Source: a virus
Lineage: Duplodnaviria > Caudoviricetes
Length of the DNA: 64,000 bases
Virus record (IMG/VR): IMGVR_UViG_3300031555_003590
Coordinates: 192,001-256,000 of that record
Direction: 5' to 3' (one strand)
Numbering within the stretch: the stretch's first letter is position 1; each line of letters starts with the position of its first letter. Made by a program: the position numbers and the translations under genes. Below the pieces are notes generated by a model. That model worked only from the letters and a program-made list of their open reading frames with translations. It had not been told where the DNA came from and made no database searches. Positions 40,048 through 50,514 of the stretch are shown one piece after another.

Positions 40048-41928
40048 ATGAAAATAATTAAAGAACGAACACGTTTAATGTTTACTGAATATAATGAAAC
40101 AGAAGAAAGAATGTTAGATGATTTAGTTGGTACAATGGATAAAGTATTTGCATATAAAGACCCTGATGGAAAAATGATTGGATTTCCTACTGGAATGGAA
40201 GATAGTGTTAAACGATTATTTCCTAAAATTCCTATTGAAGATAGATCTAAACAATATTGGGATTATGCTGCTATTACTCCAGTGCAACATAATGCACAAC
40301 CTAGAAATCAATTACAAATTGACTTCATTAAATTTACTTTAGAAGAAGCTAATAAAAAGAGAAATGTTGCAGGAATCCTTTCACCTGGTACCGGTAAAGC
40401 AAATCCATTATCTACTAAAATTAAAACTGAACATGGATTTATTAGAATGGGTGATATTAAAATTGGTGATTCTATCATTGGTACTAATGGAAATACTATT
40501 GTAACTGGTGTATATCCTCAAGGAGTTAAAGATATATTTAAAGTAACTTTAATTGATGGACGAACAACATTATGTACTGCAGAACACTTATGGCAAGTAA
40601 AAAATATTATTACAGATAAAATTGAAATAATTAGTCTAGCAAGATTGATGAGAAGGCATTATAGTCTATATGCTATTCCAGTAGGATATAATATAATTCA
40701 TTATGTGCCTATTAAAAGTATATCATATTCTCATCAAGAAGAAGCTCAATGTATTATGGTAGATGCAGATGATCATCTATATATGATAGATAATGATATT
40801 TATACTCATAATACATTTATGGCTTGTTATTGTGCTATTAAAGTTGGATTAAAAACTTTAATTATTACCCCAACTAGCAGTATTAAAGGTCAATGGGCTG
40901 AAACTCTAATTAAAATGTTTAATGTTCCAGAAGAAAAAGTTAAATTAATTAATTCACCTAAAGACTTTATTAATAGTAAAGCTGATTTTGTTATTACCAC
41001 TCAAGCATCTTTGGCATCATTAAATAAAACTTATGATTTAGAAAAAATTATGAAAGCTAATAAGTTTGGAATTAAAGTCACTGATGAAGTACAAATGTGG
41101 TTTCAGAATATTATCAATGTAGATGCTAATTGTAATATTGCAAATAACTGGTATCTTACTGGTACATTTGGTAGATCTGGTGATGATGAAAATAAATTAT
41201 TCCAAGAAATGTTTAGTGATTTGGCAATATTTAGAGAAAAAGAAAAAGAACCTACATTACTTAATAGAAAGCCTGGTAATGTATATGGAATGAAACCTCA
41301 TATGCATGTGAAAATGATGTGGACTCATTCTGGATTATCTAAAAAAGAAATAGCATCTGTTAGTTCTACTATGAGATATGCTGAAAGAGCTGGTAAATGG
41401 ATGAGGTATGGTATTAGTATACCTGCATATACAGAATTGGTTATTCCTTCAGATGGCACTATGACTAAATTTCTTAAAAATGTTCTTACAGTTATTAAAT
41501 CAGCTGAAAAAGAAGTTAAATATGGTAGAACTTTAATTTTGACATCTACTGTAGCTTCTTGTAATGTGTTACTTGATTATGTATCTAAAATGTTTCCAGA
41601 TAAAACTGTAGGAACAGTTAATTCTAAAAATAGTAAAGATCATAATGATAAAGTAAAGGCTGAATATGATATTATAATTTCAACTGATAAATCTGCTGGT
41701 ACTGGATTTGATGCTAAAGGTTTAGCTAAACTAATTGTAGTAACACAATATAAATCATGGATTTTAGCAGACCAGATTTCAGGTAGGCTACGAAGAAGAG
41801 ACGATGGCCGCGATACATATATGTGGGATATAGTTGATGCTCAAGTTCCACAGTTACGAGCTTGGGCAAATGCTAGAGCAGATGTATTGCGTAGAAAATC
41901 AAAATCATTTAAAGTAGTTGATTTATAA
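40048..41928 (+). CDS. SF2 (UvsW-like) DNA helicase containing an intein
   Basis: Walker A SPGTGK|T split by the intein, TDEVQ (motif II), LTGT, GTGFD and QISGRLRR. Confidence 0.9.
   Translation: MKIIKERTRLMFTEYNETEERMLDDLVGTMDKVFAYKDPDGKMIGFPTGMEDSVKRLFPKIPIEDRSKQYWDYAAITPVQHNAQPRNQLQIDFIKFTLEEANKKRNVAGILSPGTGKANPLSTKIKTEHGFIRMGDIKIGDSIIGTNGNTIVTGVYPQGVKDIFKVTLIDGRTTLCTAEHLWQVKNIITDKIEIISLARLMRRHYSLYAIPVGYNIIHYVPIKSISYSHQEEAQCIMVDADDHLYMIDNDIYTHNTFMACYCAIKVGLKTLIITPTSSIKGQWAETLIKMFNVPEEKVKLINSPKDFINSKADFVITTQASLASLNKTYDLEKIMKANKFGIKVTDEVQMWFQNIINVDANCNIANNWYLTGTFGRSGDDENKLFQEMFSDLAIFREKEKEPTLLNRKPGNVYGMKPHMHVKMMWTHSGLSKKEIASVSSTMRYAERAGKWMRYGISIPAYTELVIPSDGTMTKFLKNVLTVIKSAEKEVKYGRTLILTSTVASCNVLLDYVSKMFPDKTVGTVNSKNSKDHNDKVKAEYDIIISTDKSAGTGFDAKGLAKLIVVTQYKSWILADQISGRLRRRDDGRDTYMWDIVDAQVPQLRAWANARADVLRRKSKSFKVVDL
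40399..40812 (+). mobile_element. Class 3 mini-intein (138 aa, no endonuclease)
   Basis: Starts with Ala (ANPLS); block B CTAEHLW; block F EAQCIMVD; ends YTHN followed by Thr; W-C-T triplet present. Confidence 0.9.
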
Positions 41929-41965
41929 TTTATATATTCTATTTGTATAGAAAGGAGTTGTTTAT

Positions 41966-42265
41966 ATGCATGAACAAGATGGAAAAATTCCACTAGGATT
42001 ATGTAAACAAGCGGTAATGAAACTAGATTCATTCATTACAGATGTAAAAGAAATTATTGAAGATCCTGATTTAGAAACTGATGATAAACAAGATTTTGAA
42101 ACTATGGCAGAAATGGCTGGTACAATGTTAGCAACTATTGTTAATATTGTAAATAAAGAATGTGAAGAACATGTTTTCTTAGGTGAAAAAATTCCAATGG
42201 ATGGAATTGATGCATATCCTGATGAAATAGATGATACTGATTTATTAGATACTCCAATTGAATAA
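41966..42265 (+). CDS. Acidic hypothetical protein
   Basis: 99 aa; RBS GAAAGGAG; TTATATATTCT at 41930-41940. Confidence 0.7.
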   Translation: MHEQDGKIPLGLCKQAVMKLDSFITDVKEIIEDPDLETDDKQDFETMAEMAGTMLATIVNIVNKECEEHVFLGEKIPMDGIDAYPDEIDDTDLLDTPIE

Positions 42266-42302
42266 AAAATAATGGGGTGGATTATACCACCCCATTATTT
42301 TT
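42266..42302. terminator. Bidirectional terminator with ATTATA loop
   Basis: AAAATAATGGGGTGG-ATTATA-CCACCCCATTATTTT. Confidence 0.8.
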
Positions 42303-42308
42303 GTTTTG

Positions 42309-42749
42309 TTACGGCATATCACAATAATATGCTTTAATCAATCCACAAAGATATTGTAGATCAACTTCACTAATATTAAAACGCTTATTAATTTTTTCTT
42401 TCAATAAATGGATGAAAATTGTATCAATACCTTTGCAAATATTACCATAATACTTCCTATATAACTCTACCATTTTCTCTCCATTAGTTTCAGTAGAGAT
42501 TCTAAGATCATGGTATACTTTATCGAAGAAATGCCAAGTTTTAATATACATAGTATTTTCATCAATTTCAGGAATTTTATATGTACTATTATCAGTCTGA
42601 TGAACATCTAGCATATCCAGCAAAGCAAAGTATACTGCTGAACGAAGCTTATTATAAAAGTAACGTTCATCAATTTCTTCGCCATCATTGGATTTAATAT
42701 AACTTAGATTTTCAAAAGTTTTATACACCTCTAGCGTATCAACAATCAT
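42309..42749 (-). CDS. Hypothetical protein; in-frame continuation of the upstream PemK-like gene
   Basis: Frame is open for 34 more codons upstream, up to the TAA of 42852..43853; weak RBS. Confidence 0.6.
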   Translation of the reverse strand: MIVDTLEVYKTFENLSYIKSNDGEEIDERYFYNKLRSAVYFALLDMLDVHQTDNSTYKIPEIDENTMYIKTWHFFDKVYHDLRISTETNGEKMVELYRKYYGNICKGIDTIFIHLLKEKINKRFNISEVDLQYLCGLIKAYYCDMP

Positions 42750-42851
42750 ATTTCCAACTTTAGAAATAGATTGTTGAATATCTTTTGTTGTTGGAATAGA
42801 AAATTTTGGAAGTTCAACATTATCTTTATCATGTTGAACTTCACTATCAAC

Positions 42852-43853
42852 TTATTGTTTTTCTTTCATCTTAAAATATTTCTCAATTTTATAAAATTTA
42901 GAAACTACACTAGAAATTGTCAAATCATATTCTTTTGCAGTAGCAACTTTTCCATTAGTCTTATAGAATTCAAGGAACTTTATTTTTTCTTCATCAGAAT
43001 ATCTCCTGCCTTTCTTTTTATCAGTCATTTCAGTAGACTTTTTCATTTTAATTGGTTTTGAATCTGGTATAACTGACTCAGCATTAGTTAAATTAGAAGG
43101 TTTAAATGCCCAGTCAACAAACTCAATCTTTCTCAGATTAGTAACATTGCCAGAATATTTTTGTTTAAGAATCAATTGATTGACCAGATCAATGAATTCC
43201 ATATCTTTAAGATAGGATTCCATATCATGATCTTTACAGTATTTATCATATGCACATTTTAGATCATAACCAGTTATCCTACTACCATTTTCTTTATATA
43301 CACATTGAGTAATAAAATCTCTAATATTAGAAATTTCATCATATGCATAAGTTTGACAGTTATTATTACTAGTATCAGATTCTGTTTTTGATTCAGTTGA
43401 TTCATTGGTATCAACTTTATTATCAAGATCAATACCAGTAATATTTTTTATGTCATGATGATTAACCATCTCTACAATAGTAGGAGTTAATAGTTTCATG
43501 ACTTCTGCTTCAATTTTTAACATAGATTCTTCAGATAGTGTACAGATATATCTGGTTAAAGATTTTGGATTTGCTGGGAATATAGAACGAATTTTTGCAT
43601 ATGAATAATTTTCATTAAACAGATGCATGAGATGAATTTTAACATCATTTGGATCATTGTTAGTAGAAGAGCAAGGAATAACAAGGATCATATTATTTGT
43701 AATCGTTTTTGTTGTTTGTGCAATGATGCAATATCGATTATATCTCATATTTACATCATTATTTGGTACATTAATACCAAATTCTTTTTTGCCACAGATT
43801 GGATCTTCCCAGTACCATACTTGACCACGAATAAACATAGTCGAACGTTCCAT
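42852..43853 (-). CDS. PemK/MazF-like domain fused to winged-helix and HTH DNA-binding domains
   Basis: RGQVWY...RYCIIAQ...ILVIPCSS (PemK-like); IRDFITQC...LKCAYDKYC (D5-like wHTH); RRYSDEEK...ATAKEYDL (HTH). Confidence 0.65.
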   Translation of the reverse strand: MERSTMFIRGQVWYWEDPICGKKEFGINVPNNDVNMRYNRYCIIAQTTKTITNNMILVIPCSSTNNDPNDVKIHLMHLFNENYSYAKIRSIFPANPKSLTRYICTLSEESMLKIEAEVMKLLTPTIVEMVNHHDIKNITGIDLDNKVDTNESTESKTESDTSNNNCQTYAYDEISNIRDFITQCVYKENGSRITGYDLKCAYDKYCKDHDMESYLKDMEFIDLVNQLILKQKYSGNVTNLRKIEFVDWAFKPSNLTNAESVIPDSKPIKMKKSTEMTDKKKGRRYSDEEKIKFLEFYKTNGKVATAKEYDLTISSVVSKFYKIEKYFKMKEKQ

Positions 43854-43950
43854 TGATTCAAATCACTGCCTTTCATAAATTATTAATTTTGCTATGTAAT
43901 TTGCTCTTCTATTATAATAATATATAAATAAAAATAAATAATATACTAAA

Positions 43951-43987
43951 AATAATGATGAGAGGTATAATACCTCTCATCATTATT
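43951..43987 (-). terminator. Terminator of dnaB, TATAAT centre
   Basis: AATAATGATGAGAGG-TATAATA-CCTCTCATCATTATT. Confidence 0.8.
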
Positions 43988-44320
43988 AAATCATATCATC
44001 TTCATCATACTCCATAAAATCTTGTTGTTCCATAGATTTTAATCTTGGAACTGCATTAGCTTTTTCTTTACCAACAACATCAATATCTGAAGATAAACTT
44101 TGTAATGATAATACTTTATTTAAATTAATATCATCAATTAATCTTAAACCATTATTTTTTGCAAATGGATGGGCTAGATAAGTATATTTAGCAAACTCAG
44201 CTTCTGCCATATCAATACGTCTTCTTTTAACTACATTAAATGTCATATATTTTTCATCACTACCAGGTTTATATTCACTATTTATTACTGCAATCCAATC
44301 TCCACCTTCTATAACATTCC
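43986..44320 (-). CDS. dnaB: DnaB-like replicative helicase, exon 2
   Basis: After splicing, T|GG makes Trp: ...VGDS-W-NVIEGGDWIAVINSEY...YMTFNVVKRRR, completing DnaB motif H4 and the Arg finger. Confidence 0.88.
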
Positions 44321-45182
44321 CTTAGATATATTACTATATATCTTGGACTATATCATCAATTAAATTCTATTAATAGAATTTAATTGTTTCGCACTTCACA
44401 TTACCATGTAAACATTCCACTTTTACATACCTAAACATATTAGGAGTTACTCTACTGACTATTAGTATCATATTTCTCGAATACTATAGTTGGTCGATAG
44501 TCTCTGAACATTTTAAGTGACTATTATTATTTTAAATTAGATTTTTCCATTTTCTTAAATAATCTTCTACGGAATAATCCAACATATTCTCGTTCATGTT
44601 CAGTATCTGGTAAACCTACTAGTTGAACGATTTCTCGATCCTTATGCCCTTCAAATATTAATTTAGTTATATGATCTTTTAATTCTTGTGATCGTATACG
44701 ATTTATTGGCTTTGGAATATTATAGTTGATTGCAATATCTTTCCATAATCTTCCTTCTTTAATTCCTTGAATAACATGGTCTGTTACTCCAACTATATTA
44801 ATTATTTCACTTTAGATCATATAAATATTTATCCAATAAATCTAACTCAGCAATTTGTAATTCATGCACAGGTTTATCAAATAATTCTAATGATCTTTTA
44901 TTACGTTCTTCTTGAAGAGATTCTAATACTTTCTCTTCTAAATTAGTAAGTTTTTACTCATAACTTACACCTCCTTTCATATTATGATATATAATTATTT
45001 TACCAGATATAATTTTTAGTCACTTAACTTGCTGCGGATTGTCTTATATACTAAACGATTTTACCATCCATAATCCATTACGATTACTGCTACATATTAT
45101 ATTACTATAATACTGCGGTTGTTTAGTACTTCAAGAGTTTCCCGCAATTCACGAAATTTTAGATTCGCAGAACGTTATGTTT
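44321..45182 (-). mobile_element. Group I intron (862 nt) in dnaB
   Basis: P1: exon GATTCGU pairs with intron GCGAATC, ending in a U.G pair. P AATTGCGGGAAAC, Q GACAATCCGCAGCAAG, R GTTCAGAGACTAT, S GATATAGTCC; omega-G at 44321; splicing restores the frame. Confidence 0.93.
44527..44961 (-). pseudogene. Decayed intron-encoded homing endonuclease
   Basis: RBS AAAGGAGGTG and ATG, then frameshifts/stops; surviving frame EIINIVGVTDHVIQGIKEGRLWKDI...REIVQLVG resembles the C-terminal HTH of HNH homing endonucleases; no catalytic motif seen. Confidence 0.7.
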
Positions 45183-46587
45183 ACGAATCACCAACATTTT
45201 CTCTTCCAACTAATTTATTAGTATCTCCTTTTCCTTGACGTGCAGCAGCATCAACAGTAGCAGCAGCCGATCTATTCATTTGATGAGCAGTAATAACTGG
45301 AATATCATTAATAACTGATAATGCTTTAAGTTCATCTATTATTCTGCCTAGTTCTAGTCTAGGATTATCAACTATGGGAATTGATGGTTCAATGCGTTTA
45401 ATATAATCGAATACTAATGCACACACTTCTAAATTTTCATCTTTAAGATCTTGAATAATAGTAAATAAATCATCAGTATTAATAGATCGATAAGGATAAT
45501 ATTGCATTACAATTTCAATATTAGTTTTTTCATTATCTTTATCTTCATTAATTAATGAACTTAAATCAGATTTATTATATTCATTAATATTTTCATTTTT
45601 TAATAAATCAATTCCTAATTCTTTACATAATTTTTCAATTGCTTCTTCTTCAGAATAATTTACAATAGGCTCATCAAATGACATACTCCAAATACGTTCA
45701 ATAGTTTCAGTAAATGTATTTTCCATAGTAATATAAAGAACTGCAGGTTTCATACCAGGAGTTTTAGGTTTAAAGTCTGGATTATATTTTCTGATATCTA
45801 AAGCGGATTTTAAAAGTATTAGACTTTTGCCGGAACCAGGTAGACCAAGATATATGTAAATTCTACCATTCATATATCCTGGAGACAAAAGTGTATTTAA
45901 TCTTCTAATACCAGTTTTGAAAATATTATTTGATGATTTTAAAGAGTCTATTGTTTGACTTATGGATTCTTTAACAGAATCCATATCAGCTGTATTGAAT
46001 TCTACTTTATTTGCAACCATATTAGTACTATGCTTAATATCTAATAATGATTGTGATACTAAGAATAATCTATCTACTAATGTTCTAAATGCTCCAGGTT
46101 CATCTAAACTAATATCATCTAGTAGATTAATATATTCTTCTTTCATTGCAGTTACATATCCATATTGCAATGCTTCACTAATTAAATCAAATATCATCTT
46201 TGCTTCAATAGATGTGATAATATTTGGATCATTCATACACGTTGTAATAATGTCACCTTTTATATTATCATAATCAGGTTGACGTTTAGCCATTTCTACA
46301 ATTATTTCTGGATCAATCACTCCTGATAACCATTGTTTTGAAATGTAATTTATACACCAAATGTATGATAACAATTCATGATTATTTTGATATTTCGTTG
46401 TATCAATATTTGAAAACAATCTGTTTATATTTTTAACTGATTTGAATGTTCTAAAACCAGCATGTTCCATTGTAAGAATCTTAACAATAGATTTTAATAT
46501 GGACTTTTTAAAGAATACTCCAATCTTACCAGTATTTATATCTTTGATTTTAGTTAATTCAGATTTTTTCTTATTTTGTTTTGCCAT
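45183..46587 (-). CDS. dnaB: DnaB-like replicative helicase, exon 1 (spliced product 579 aa)
   Basis: GLPGSGKS, YITMEN, FDYIKRI and PVITAHQMNR motifs. Confidence 0.92.
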
Positions 46588-46661
46588 TTATGTTACTCTC
46601 CTTCACACCAACTAATAATCTTGTAATTAAAATCTTTTTAGAAAAGAGGTTAGAATGAGTT

Positions 46662-49600
46662 ATGAAAGATATTAAATCTTTATATCTCACTGCTAAATCC
46701 AGTGGGAGAAAAGCAGATATTACTGCTTACACTGAAGCCATTCAGGATTTAATTGAAAATAATCCTATTGGTTATATGACACAATTAGAATATATCATTC
46801 AATCTGATATTGGATTAAAAACAGTAAAACTATTTATTGAAAAGAATGGATTTCCAATTGCATGCTATGATCAAATGATTGATACTCTAAATGAGTGTAT
46901 TCGTAAATGTGAAGTATATAATAAAGATAATTCTTTATATACTGAAATGATTGAATACTTTGAATCATTTAGAAAAAATCATATTCATTGTTTTATGATG
47001 TTTGAAAATTATAATTTAGAATTAGATAAAGATAATTATATTAAAACTTATTATGGAAAGACAGATGGCACTCATCAAAATCGTAAAATTATTTCTGGTA
47101 TGATTAAAACATTTGGTGAAGCTGCTATTCCGGATGCATTAATTACTGCAAAATCAATTAATGAAGATGCAGTACATACGGTATTAGAATTTATTTCTAA
47201 TAATTATAATGAAAATAATAATGTAATCTATGAATGGATGCTCACAGCTTGTAAAGATATTTCATATGGAGAAAAATCTAATAATATTATTAATCATATG
47301 ACAGAAAATTGTTTATCTACTATTGTAAAAAATGTTAAAAATAGGGAGCATCAATTATATCGTGAAGCAGTAATCATGGATCGAAATGATTTAATGATGG
47401 AATATTCTGAAGATGAAATTAATGCTATTCAAGAAATGATTTCATTTAAAGAATATCAAATGACTTGGATGGATGAATTAAATGAATCATCTAATAATTT
47501 ACAATCTGATATTTATGATCTATATGAAATGTTAGATGGTGTTATTGAAGAAGATGTAGCTAATAGTGTTATACCAATGCTACCTAGTATTCATAATACA
47601 AAATTTGTTAAAGAAGCTATGTGGATGGTAAATACTAGAAATAAGAAGACTGGTGAAATTCCTAGATATATTTCTGCTAATCATGATCTTGATTATGGTG
47701 AAGAAGATTCTAATAAAAAGAAAAATGATGATAAAGAACCTACATTAGATGATTATCGGCGTCCTTCTGCTTCTAATAATGATGATGAAAAACCTGCATC
47801 ACCATTATTCCCATCTGCATATAATAATTCCGATGACAAACCTGAAGTAAGTAAATCTAATGATACTGGATTATCCGATCATGATAAGGCTGTCATTAAT
47901 AATTACTATTATAATTATACGAATTCTATGAATAAAAATCATAATATAAATTCTTATAATAAAAATAGTAGTCTTAGTGATGATCATCATACAGATAATT
48001 CAAAAGTAACTCATATTAATAGTCATAATAAAAACAATGGATACAGTTTAATTCCTGATGAAAAAGTTGAAGAAGAATCTACTGAAGAAAATGTAAATGA
48101 TGAATTAATTAAAGAAGAATCTTCTAAACCTTGGGAATTAAATATTTTTGATTCTAATAATCAGATATTTGAGGAGGGCCTTAAAGATTTTTTTAAGAAA
48201 GTCGCCAATAAAGTTAGAGGATTTATTGGCGTCAAAAAATCATTAGCCAATTTACAGAATATGGGAACTCCTGCAAATATTACAAAAAATATTCCAATGA
48301 CTGTTATTGGTACTAATATTCCTCTTAATCTAAATAATACTAAAACAGAATCAGTTGAAGAGAATGATGATTTAATTGAAGAATCAATTAAGCCTATTAA
48401 GACTATTAAATCAATTAAATCATTTTTTAAAGGTCCTTTAAGTGAAAAGGATATCATTCATACAATTGAAAAATTAAGATCTAAATTTAATGCTGATATT
48501 ATTTTTGTAAATCCATATGGAGATAATCAATTGATTATTCAACAGATTGGTCCTGCTTCTTGTGTTAGAACTGATAGATCTATTATCAAGAAACTACAAG
48601 CTGGAGAATCAATTGATAGATTTACTAGTGATTTATATGGTGATAGTGGTGAATTCCAAACTGTTATTTTAGTCAATTCATCCATTTTGGAATCTTATCA
48701 GATTAAAAATAAAGATGATCTTGAATTGATTATTTCTCATGAACATGGTCATGCTTTAACATATGATCAATTATCACTCAATGATTGGTTAGAATATTCT
48801 ATTAAACGTCAAGTAATAACTTCATTAGTTTCAGAAATCTATAGTATGTTCGATCAGCAAGCTATTGCTGAAGCTAACTTTGCATATTATAAATTAAAAC
48901 CAGAAAGACTAGCTAATGAAGCTGCTCATATTGATCCTATGAAATTAGCAAAAGCAGTATTTAAAACTAAACCTACTGGTCATTTAGATAAAATCGATCT
49001 TAATATTATTTTGAATTGGAGTGTTCCTCCTGTAATTATGCAAATGACTGAAAAGGCCGCTAAAGGAAATACTAATTTTACAAATGCTGAAATGATTGCT
49101 AATCTAACATTAAGCTTAGATCTCTATAAGAAGTGTATTAAAGATCAAGAGTATCTAAAGAAAACTACAGAAATAATGGAAACAAGTATTAATATTTATA
49201 AGACTAGAGGAGAGACAACTTTTGCTGAAGCTGTTGGGGATGCCGATGATAATAAACCTAAATCAGATCATCCTGTTAAAGATATCTTAACTGATATTGA
49301 TCGTAAGACCACTAAAAAACAGCAAGAGACAAAAAGAAAAGTTCAGAATATTCAAAATGTTGGTAGAGCTGCAATGAAACCAATTAATAGAACTAAAGGT
49401 TGGCTAACTAAAATGTTAGTTGACTGGAAAGATGCAGATGAAAATAAAATTAAAGAAAGAATGACTGATCCCAATGTTCGTAATAATTTATTTGCAGCTA
49501 TTAAAGAATTTATTGTTGCTGGATCATTATTTAAAGCTGGTATTTTACTAAATCCTGTTTTCTTATTCTTATCACTTGCTAGAGGATATGGTAAAAATAA

Positions 49601-49793
49601 ACAACAGTTCCGTCTTAGAAATGAGATAATTGGTGAGCTTAAAACTGAAATGGAAGTCATTGATGAGAAAATTAGAGATGCTGATTATAAAGGTGATAAA
49701 TCTGAGAAATATAAGCTCATGAGATTTAAGAACGAATTAAATAAGAAGCTAATTCGTGTTGGTGGAACTAGAGCTATGAAAAAGATGATCTAA
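46662..49793 (+). CDS. Large head/virion protein with embedded HExxH domain
   Basis: 1043 aa upstream of the capsid gene; Asn-rich linker; IISHEHGH...PERLANEAA; many hydrophobic-x-E[SA] sites. Confidence 0.65.
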   Translation: MKDIKSLYLTAKSSGRKADITAYTEAIQDLIENNPIGYMTQLEYIIQSDIGLKTVKLFIEKNGFPIACYDQMIDTLNECIRKCEVYNKDNSLYTEMIEYFESFRKNHIHCFMMFENYNLELDKDNYIKTYYGKTDGTHQNRKIISGMIKTFGEAAIPDALITAKSINEDAVHTVLEFISNNYNENNNVIYEWMLTACKDISYGEKSNNIINHMTENCLSTIVKNVKNREHQLYREAVIMDRNDLMMEYSEDEINAIQEMISFKEYQMTWMDELNESSNNLQSDIYDLYEMLDGVIEEDVANSVIPMLPSIHNTKFVKEAMWMVNTRNKKTGEIPRYISANHDLDYGEEDSNKKKNDDKEPTLDDYRRPSASNNDDEKPASPLFPSAYNNSDDKPEVSKSNDTGLSDHDKAVINNYYYNYTNSMNKNHNINSYNKNSSLSDDHHTDNSKVTHINSHNKNNGYSLIPDEKVEEESTEENVNDELIKEESSKPWELNIFDSNNQIFEEGLKDFFKKVANKVRGFIGVKKSLANLQNMGTPANITKNIPMTVIGTNIPLNLNNTKTESVEENDDLIEESIKPIKTIKSIKSFFKGPLSEKDIIHTIEKLRSKFNADIIFVNPYGDNQLIIQQIGPASCVRTDRSIIKKLQAGESIDRFTSDLYGDSGEFQTVILVNSSILESYQIKNKDDLELIISHEHGHALTYDQLSLNDWLEYSIKRQVITSLVSEIYSMFDQQAIAEANFAYYKLKPERLANEAAHIDPMKLAKAVFKTKPTGHLDKIDLNIILNWSVPPVIMQMTEKAAKGNTNFTNAEMIANLTLSLDLYKKCIKDQEYLKKTTEIMETSINIYKTRGETTFAEAVGDADDNKPKSDHPVKDILTDIDRKTTKKQQETKRKVQNIQNVGRAAMKPINRTKGWLTKMLVDWKDADENKIKERMTDPNVRNNLFAAIKEFIVAGSLFKAGILLNPVFLFLSLARGYGKNKQQFRLRNEIIGELKTEMEVIDEKIRDADYKGDKSEKYKLMRFKNELNKKLIRVGGTRAMKKMI

Positions 49794-49833
49794 AGCTTCT
49801 TTAGTTCAATGGAAAGGAGGCATCTATTAGTGG

Positions 49834-50436
49834 ATGATGAATAAACCAAATATATTTGAACAATTTTTATTTGAAGCACCAGGGGATGAAGTTCCACCAG
49901 ATATGGTTAATAACCAACCTGAAGTTCCAGTTGGTGCAGAAAATGATAATGGGCCCCCTGATCTTCCAGAAAATCTTGGAACTGATACAGATAGTGATCA
50001 AACAACTGACGATGGACCTCCAGATATGCCTGAAGAATTTGGTGAAGATGAATTTGGTATGGAAGATGATATGGGAACTGATGGAGCTGAAAATCCAGAT
50101 GATCCAATGCAAAATCTAGGACTAGATGATAAGATATCTGCAATCATGAATATGAATCTATATCAACGATATCTTGCACTTCTAAATACTATCGGTGGTC
50201 AACTTACTATGATAAAAAATAATAGTGATATGTTATATACACTATCTGCAGAATCATTAGAGATTATAGAATCTCTGAAAAAATTAGATGAAAATATTCG
50301 TCTATATATTAAAAATTCTTTTCTTAATGAGAACTACAGTAAAAACCTACTATTCTTTAATAAGTGCTTGAATTTACTGAAGTTGCTTAATGATGTTTTT
50401 GATAGTGAAATTAAGAAAGGACTTAAAGCAATATAG
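49834..50436 (+). CDS. Acidic head-assembly (scaffold-like) protein
   Basis: LFEA followed by PPD-rich acidic repeats and a helical C-terminus; directly upstream of the capsid gene. Confidence 0.55.
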   Translation: MMNKPNIFEQFLFEAPGDEVPPDMVNNQPEVPVGAENDNGPPDLPENLGTDTDSDQTTDDGPPDMPEEFGEDEFGMEDDMGTDGAENPDDPMQNLGLDDKISAIMNMNLYQRYLALLNTIGGQLTMIKNNSDMLYTLSAESLEIIESLKKLDENIRLYIKNSFLNENYSKNLLFFNKCLNLLKLLNDVFDSEIKKGLKAI

Positions 50437-50514
50437 TAACCATCAAGTAAATCTACAAATACTATTTATCAAATGTAGAAATTAAAAATTATAAAGTAAA
50501 GGAGATATGCTACT

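Noticed and set aside
43986-44246. 86-aa ORF as an independent gene
   Set aside because: It is the 3' part of dnaB exon 2.
45181-45183. Premature TAA in dnaB as a sign of pseudogenisation or stop-codon reassignment
   Set aside because: It is explained by the group I intron 5' splice site; other genes are full-length in the standard code and use TAA, TAG and TGA as stops.
47740-48050. Asn/His/Asp-rich low-complexity stretch as a repeat element
   Set aside because: It is an in-frame disordered linker with no discrete DNA repeat unit.
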